Source: Octopus sinensis
Lineage: Eukaryota
Reading direction: 5' to 3'
Assembly: GCF_006345805.1 (NCBI RefSeq)
Contig: NW_021835319.1
Span: 1 to 40,913, forward strand
Length of the DNA stretch: 40,913 nt
A program made the position numbers and the translations under genes. The notes under the pieces are model-generated. The model did not search any database, had not been told where the DNA came from, and saw only the letters and a program-made list of their open reading frames with translations. Of the stretch, positions 34,663-40,913 are shown in pieces (within the stretch, counting starts at the first letter, position 1; each line of letters starts with the position of its first letter).

Positions 34663-35730
34663 CCCTTTCATTACCATATTTCTGTTGAAATATACTGACT
34701 TTGGTTTAAATAAATTTTTAAAATAATGAAGAATTTAGCAAAATTGCTTTGTTATTAATAAGCAGAAAGAAATTGACGTAAAAACTTGACGGAAGATTCT
34801 AATTTAGATCACTTTCTTTTCTACTCTAGGCATAAGGCCTGACATTTTTGGGGAGGGGGCCAGTCGATTAGATTTGACTTCAGTACGCAATTGGTACTTA
34901 ATTTATCGACCCCGAAAGTATGAAAGGCAAAGTCGACCTCGGCGGAATTTGAACTCAGAACGTAAAAACAGACGAAATACATATTTCTTTACTACCCACA
35001 AGGGGCTAAACACAGAAGGGACAAACAAGGACAGACAAATGGATTAAGTCGATTATATCGACCCCAGTGCGTAACTGGTACTTATTTAATCGACCCCAGT
35101 GCGTAACTGGTACTTATTTAATCGACCCCGAAAGGATGAAAGGCAAAGTCGACCTCGGCGGAATTTGAACTCAGAACGTAAAGACAGACGAAATACATAT
35201 TTGTTTACTACCCACAAGGGACTAAACACAGAAGGGTCAAACAAGGACAGACAAACGGATTAAGTCGATTATATCGACCCCAGTGCGTAACTGGTACTTA
35301 TTTAATCGACCCCAGTGCGTAACTGGTACTTATTTAATCGACCCGGAAAGGATGAAAGGCAAAGTCGACCTCGGCGGAATTTGAACTCAGAATGTAAAGA
35401 CAGACGAAATACATATTTCTTTACTACCCACAAGGGACTAAACACAGAAGGGACAAACAAGGATAGACAAACGGATTAAGTCGATTATATCGCCCCAGTG
35501 CGTAACTGGTACTTAATTTATCGACTCCGAAAGGATGAAAGGCAAAGTCGACCTCGGCGGAATTTGAACTCAGAACGTACCTGCAGACGAAATATCGCTA
35601 AGCATTTCATTCAGCGTGTTAACGTTTCTGCCAGCTCAGCTCGCCGCCTTGAATTTAGCTCACTTTAAAACATAGATGTGTATCATAAAACCAGAAACGG
35701 TGTTTGGCGAATTGATATTTAAAGTGTTAT
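34663..35730. mobile_element. piggyBac-like MITE (~230 bp) split by a SINE-A array
   Basis: TTAA (34659-34662) followed by CCCTTTCATTACC, a piggyBac-type terminus. The AT-rich body continues after the SINE, and the right end is degenerate (TTGATATTTAAAGTGTTA). Confidence 0.5.
34816..35650 (-). mobile_element. SINE family A tetramer with 15-bp TSD
   Basis: Head, four bodies, three tail-2 segments (34983, 35199, 35415) and tail-1. Flanked by AATTTAG(A/C)TCACTTT at 34801-34815 and 35652-35666. Confidence 0.93.
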
Positions 35731-35789
35731 TTAAAGTATTCGTTTGTCTTCCTGTATGTTCTGAGTTCAGATTCATAACAGAGGCAGAG

Positions 35790-37250
35790 TGTTGTGAAAG
35801 GATGACATATGTCACGGGAATACGGGGAGTGATGAATATCTACTCGAGGGGAAAATTGTAGAAGTGGAGATAATCATTGTTTTTGTAAACCAAAGAATAG
35901 TAGCGTTTCTGAGAAATGACTCGAACCAAAGGAACCGCATTGGTAATTTTTTTTTTTATCCATTAAACGAAAATATCGAGATTTTGGCCAAGCTGTTAAC
36001 GAAAAGGTCGGCGCTTATCATCAGTACTCTGATTGGTGATGCACGAACATGCACCATCCCAAACAGATCTGTGCACAACGATAGGGTCGATCGCCGTTAC
36101 TTAGCGGCGGTCTGCACGGCAAATGGGTTTCGATCTCGTTTCCAGGTGCTGGTTCACTGCAGTGTAGTGACATCTTCTTGATGGTCAGAACGAATGGAAA
36201 CCGATTGGAATCATTCAGTATCCTGCGCTCTGTCCACTAAAATTGTCCCTTCTAGTCCTTTCTGTATGTCCTGATTCTCGATCCATAACTGCAGAAACTT
36301 GAAGTTTTGACGAGCCCTCGCGAGGACTAGGAGGCAGAACATGACGATCTGTGTCGGCGTATGAAAGCATAACATAACACGGGACACCAAACCGTTGTCA
36401 AGGCACTATTTTTAATCAGTAAAAGCCTGCAGGACAGCAGTTAAGCACCAAGAAAGGCAGACCATTCTGTCTGGCTGCACGGAGTAGTTAAATTCCTCGA
36501 GGTCTGGTTTGGTCCAGAGCTGCAAGTGAACAAGAACTGGGATGAGTGACGAGCAAGTTGGTTAGTCACACCAATAAGTGGACCGCACGGAAGCTATCTT
36601 TTAAGGATCGATAGAGGTCACGAGCTGCATTGCTTCACTTACTCATCATCATCTGACTGCCGCGCCTTGCACTGGTTCAGCCCGGAGTGCCAGAGTTTTC
36701 GTCGTTCTATTGTTTGTTTCGGGGGAATAGACGTATTCCCTAGCCAGACGATCCATCATCTGTCAACATCCTTTGCGCAGAGGTCTGTGCATACCATGCT
36801 TAATTATGTGCAGACATGTGCTGAGGTTACGACATCTCTAGCACTTCCTTGATGATGAACAGGTATGGTTGCTGTTTGTCAGATGTTTTCCCCATATCGT
36901 CTCTTTGACAGAGCTGCAGTCTTGGTTAGGAAAAGACAGACATGTACTTGGTATCTTGTCGCTCAAAGTCCTCCGTTGGTGGGGCAATGGAGTCGATGGA
37001 AATTATTTATTGGAGTTCTATAAAGGATTAGTGGTGATCAAAAATGACGATGTTCTTGGGAGAATTTTTGAACGTCGACGAAAATCAACAGGCTGATTTG
37101 TGCTGGAGGACTTTGGTCTGGGGCCTATTGATAATTTTCAGAAATCTCTGGCATGGTGATGCTACCGAAGGCATTGTCGGTTCGAGATGTATTCTAGAGG
37201 CACGGAAATGTCAGCCGAGTCTGTGTTGAAAGTCTGCCGAGATTAACGTT
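35790..37250 (+). mobile_element. Degraded L1/Tx1-clade LINE ORF2 (RT and downstream region)
   Basis: Frameshifted and stop-interrupted motifs occur in the correct order: LRNDSNQ..EILAKLLTKR..TCTIPNRSVHN/DRVDRRYL..FSILRSVH*NCP..FLYVLILDP*LQKLE..VSAYES (YADD lost)..KFLEVWFGPELQVNKNW..WTARKLSFKDR..LSVRDVF*RHG. Confidence 0.85.
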
Positions 37251-37371
37251 AGCTTTCATCCTTTCGATATTAATAAGTCATTGAAGTGGGGGTACCAGTC
37301 ATGAAATGAGGGTAGATTTCATCCAGTAGCTCGTAAACCCAAAGTTGTGAGCTTGTGTCTAAGTAAGTAAT

Positions 37372-37374
<3 letters not shown>

Positions 37375-37406
<32 letters not shown>

Positions 37407-37424
37407 CAGTAGCTGTAGTAGTAC

Positions 37425-37460
<36 letters not shown>
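37375..37460. repeat. (AGC)n(AGT)n trinucleotide run
   Basis: Direct reading. Confidence 0.95.
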
Positions 37461-37462
<2 letters not shown>

Positions 37463-37724
37463 ACAGCAAGTAATACTGCTAACTTCGTCTTTACAGTTAG
37501 CAAGTGCGATTGGCAAGCTTTGTAGAAACGAAGTTTTCACGCGACAGAGGAACATTTCCCTCCCCACCAACCAGACACCCTATATATACTCCATATATAT
37601 ATCCAATATGCACACATCTACGTATATATACATGGCTATAATATATATGTATATATATATTTATTTACATATGTATATGTATATGTCTATCTTGTATATG
37701 TATTTGTCTATCTATCTATCTATC

Positions 37725-37760
<36 letters not shown>

Positions 37761-37971
37761 ATCTATATGTATATATATATATTATATTATATATATATAT
37801 ATTTTATAATATGTATATATATATATATTTATATGTATATATATATATATTATATATATTATATATATATATGATATATATGTAGCTCACACATATACGT
37901 ATGCATGTATTACACACATCCTCGCTTGAAATGTGAAAAATAAAGACATATTTGTATGTATGTAAATATGT

Positions 37972-38007
<36 letters not shown>

Positions 38008-38198
38008 CGCGTTGTGTGGATATGTATGTATGTATGTATGTTATGTGTATGTGTGTGTGTGTGTGTGTATGTGTAGGGTGAAAGAGAGAGAACGAAAACT
38101 AGATAGGTAGAGAAGTAAGTAGCTGGGTAGCTAGGTAGAAATATGTGTGATGTTGCGCGCGCACACACAGATATATTATTATATATATATATATATAT

Positions 38199-38230
<32 letters not shown>

Positions 38231-38379
38231 TAACGTATGTGTGTATACGTGAAGAAGGGCGTGTGAGAGAGAGAGCCTTAGCTTGAGAATGAGAAAATCT
38301 AAGATGCCGAAAATACCAAAGCGACTGGATTTCATGCATGCAAGACAGAGAACATGTGCCTATGGAGGCAATTCACCCG

Positions 38380-38386
38380 TTTTATA
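38380..38386 (-). promoter_or_regulatory. Candidate TATA box (GGGTATAAAACGGG) in a CpG-containing unique island
   Basis: Consensus TATAAAA with GC-rich flanks; there is no transcript evidence. Confidence 0.2.
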
Positions 38387-39179
38387 CCCGCACGACACCG
38401 AAATGCACCCTTGCACTGCTGCTCTCACCTTTTATGGCTATTGTCTTCTTCCTTTCTTTCTTTCTTTCTTTCTCTCTCTCTCTCTCTTTCTTCCTTTCTT
38501 TCTTTCCTGTTGTGGTGACGATGGCGGTGGAAGTGGTTGTGACGGTGATGATTCCGATGTTAATGATTGTGGTGGTGGTGGTGGTGGTGGTGGTGATCTG
38601 GTAGGGGTGAGTTAATGTTGGTAGTTTGGGTAGCAGTAGTGTCAGTGTTATTGTTGGTGATGGTGGCGGTAGTGTTGGCTGCGTTTATGGCGATAATGTT
38701 AGTTGTGGTTGTGGTTCTGGTTATAGCGAAGTGAGTTTTTCTGATGGCATTGCTGAGGGTGGCGTGTTGTTCTCTTTAGCCGCAGATGAGCCCTCCCTGA
38801 TCCGAGAGAAATATAGTTAAAGGCTTTAAAATTGTGACCATCTTGTTTTTATTTTCTTTGAAAAACACTGTTTCTTCTCTTCATTTTTTAAAAAACCCTA
38901 TCCCATTTTTTAAAGACAGGTGTGGGCAGTGACCCTTTTGATATCTGAAGGTTATTTTAAATTAAATATAATTTTATGAAGACGCATTAGAAAGAATATT
39001 TTATTAAATATATGGAAAAAATGTAATTACTTTACTTGTGAAAATATAATCTCTATATAAAAGGTCAAGACAAGCTCTCGTTTTTTTTTCTTCTGTTCAT
39101 CAATTTCTCTTTTATTGTCACGCTATAGGAATGTGGAAGGAGAAAGCAGTGGCTATGCTGAGAGGGACATATATATATA

Positions 39180-39342
39180 TACGACAGGCCTCTCAGTTTC
39201 CGTCTGCCTAATCCACTCACAAAGCTTTGGTCAGCTCGAGGCTATAGTAGAAGACACTTGACCAAGGTGCCACGCAGTGGGACTGAACCCGGAACCACGT
39301 GGCTGGTAAGCAAGCTACTTACCACACAGCCATGCTTGCGCA
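39180..39342 (-). mobile_element. SINE family B, 5' half
   Basis: CAGTTTCCGTCTGCCTAATCCACTCACAAAGC..GCTATAGTAGAAGACACTTG..GTGGGACTGAACCCGGAACC..ACCACACAGCCATG. Confidence 0.88.
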
Positions 39343-39529
39343 TTTACTTACACACCCATGGACAGCTTTCGGAAATCCCTTGTGCTGTAGACATCACCTA
39401 TGGTCCGGTTTAATATCTTAACTTGGTTCTTGGATGCCTTTAGCGGAGATCATTTCATCGCAAACATTTAGCCCAAGGTTTTGGTTTCATAACTTCTTCC
39501 TTATTAGTACCGAAAGTCCTGCAAAATAA

Positions 39530-39596
<67 letters not shown>

Positions 39597-39597
39597 C

Positions 39598-39808
39598 CTT
39601 TCTACTGTAGGCACAAGGCCTGAAATTTGGGGGAGGGGACTAGTCGATTACATCTACCCCAGTGTTTCACTGGTACTTAATTTACCGACCCCGAAACGAT
39701 GAAAGGCAAAGTCGACCTCAGTAGAATTTGAACTCAGAACGTAAAGGCGGACGAAATGCCGCTAACCATTTTACCCGGTGCGGTAACGATTCTGCCAGCT
39801 TACCACCT
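39598..39808 (-). mobile_element. SINE family A monomer with (AAT)n tail
   Basis: Tail-1, body and head; the (AAT)n run at 39528-39596 abuts the tail. Confidence 0.88.
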
Positions 39809-39885
39809 TAATAACAACAACAACAACAACAACAATAATAATAATAATAATAATAATAATGATAATAATAATAATGCTGGCAGAA

Positions 39886-40007
39886 CTGTTAGCACGCTGG
39901 GCAAAATGCTTAGCAACATTTCGTCCGTTTTTATGTTTTGAGTTCAAATTCCGCCGAGATCAACTTTACCTTTCATCTTCTCGGAGTCGATGAAATAAGA
40001 ATTGGAT
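39886..40007 (+). mobile_element. SINE family A head and body, opposite orientation
   Basis: GCTGGCAGAACTGTTAGCACGCTGGGC..GAGTTCAAATTCCGCCGAG..CCTTTCATC. Confidence 0.82.
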
Positions 40008-40014
40008 TTTTTAC

Positions 40015-40381
40015 AACGAGAATGTATCCTGTCACCGAGCTCTCCATACGCGTGAGTTTCTCGCCCAAAACAACTTGGTATCGCTTCCACTGCCGCCATA
40101 TTCACCAGATTTAGAACTTGGGGATTTCCATCTCTTCCCCAAAATGAAAATGCAGCTCAAAGGTCGGTGTTTTAACACCGAGGTCAAGATCACGAGCGAA
40201 GCGCAGGTCCTCGACTCGCTTACGGGAAACGACTTCCAGGTCGGATTCCAAAAGTGACAGGAATGGTGTATAGCTGTACAAGGTGACTATTTCGAAAGAG
40301 ATTACGTTAAAACTTAAGTAAATTACTTTTTTTAATTTTTATTAAACATAAATAGTCCAGGAAGATTTTGATACCACCACG
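40015..40381 (+). mobile_element. 3' fragment of a DD34D mariner transposon with right TIR
   Basis: ENVSCHRALHTREFLAQNNLVSLPLPPYSPDLELGDFHLFPKMK...CIAVQGDYFE: 34 residues separate the (D>E) site from the final D, and the YSPDL motif is present. The TIR ...AGTCCAGGAAGATTTTGATACCACCACG is followed by TA (40382-40383). Confidence 0.88.
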
Positions 40382-40392
40382 TACTCACGGGT

Positions 40393-40470
40393 CTTTACGT
40401 TCCAGGTTCCAATTCCGCCGAGGTCAGCTTTGCGTTTCATCTCTCTTGAATCAATAGAATAAATACCATT
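40393..40470 (+). mobile_element. SINE family A body fragment
   Basis: CTTTACGTTCCAGGTTCCAATTCCGCCGAGGTCAGCTTTGCGTTTCATC. Confidence 0.7.
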
Positions 40471-40490
40471 CCAGTTCTATAATACAAAGA

Positions 40491-40538
<48 letters not shown>

Positions 40539-40913
40539 GCTAGTGTTGCTGTAGTTTTAGCTGTCTGAAAACAAGCTATTTTGTTGTATCGTTGCACTTA
40601 TTCAACCCTAGGTCGGCTCTCGTCGCGCAGAGTTATGCCAAAAGGTGTATCAATCGCGAACACCCCGCCAGGTTTACTCAAGAAATATTTAAAAAGCGAC
40701 TGTTTTATTCAATGCGACGATTCACTTATAAGACGGTGGGGAAGTGGGGTGTAATTTGGAAGAGATTTGGCTCATGCTTCTAGCATTTCCAACGAACACA
40801 TACAGGCCTCGTGGTTCGCTTGTTTAGTGCTGCGTTGTTTAGTGAGAAGAGGAATTGGTTTGGCAAGGCGCCTGCAGCCTAATTTATAGTTTAGAAAACC
40901 TACAACTGCGTTT

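Noticed and set aside
39050-39064. Plus-strand TATATAAAAGG as a promoter
   Set aside because: It lies in very AT-rich sequence where such matches are common, with no supporting downstream feature.

Overview
AT-rich eukaryotic DNA, very rich in microsatellites and retroposons. The repeat repertoire looks like an octopus/coleoid cephalopod genome; this is an inference from recognising the repeats, not from a search. I find no intact host protein-coding gene, no functional tRNA/rRNA and no CRISPR array, and nearly all ORFs in the supplied track are translated microsatellites. Supported content: (1) about 35 copies of at least four tRNA-derived SINE families (working names A-D), with family A occurring as monomers, dimers and 4-unit arrays of a ~184-bp internal module; (2) dead transposon fragments: a CR1-like LINE 3' end, an R4/Dong-like RT+RLE deletion derivative, an L1/Tx1-like RT, a DD37D (maT) Tc1/mariner, two mariner fragments (one with DD34D spacing), a complete 302-bp non-autonomous Helitron and a piggyBac-like MITE; (3) many simple repeats. 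The best leads are structural. There are three unrelated fold-back elements (281-456, 18629-18866, and an 89-bp 97%-identical inverted duplication at 30562/31944), and multimeric SINEs, one bounded by a single target-site duplication. There are also several strong minus-strand splice signals that may belong to a long, unannotated, possibly non-coding transcript. None of these is demonstrated to be a new biological system.
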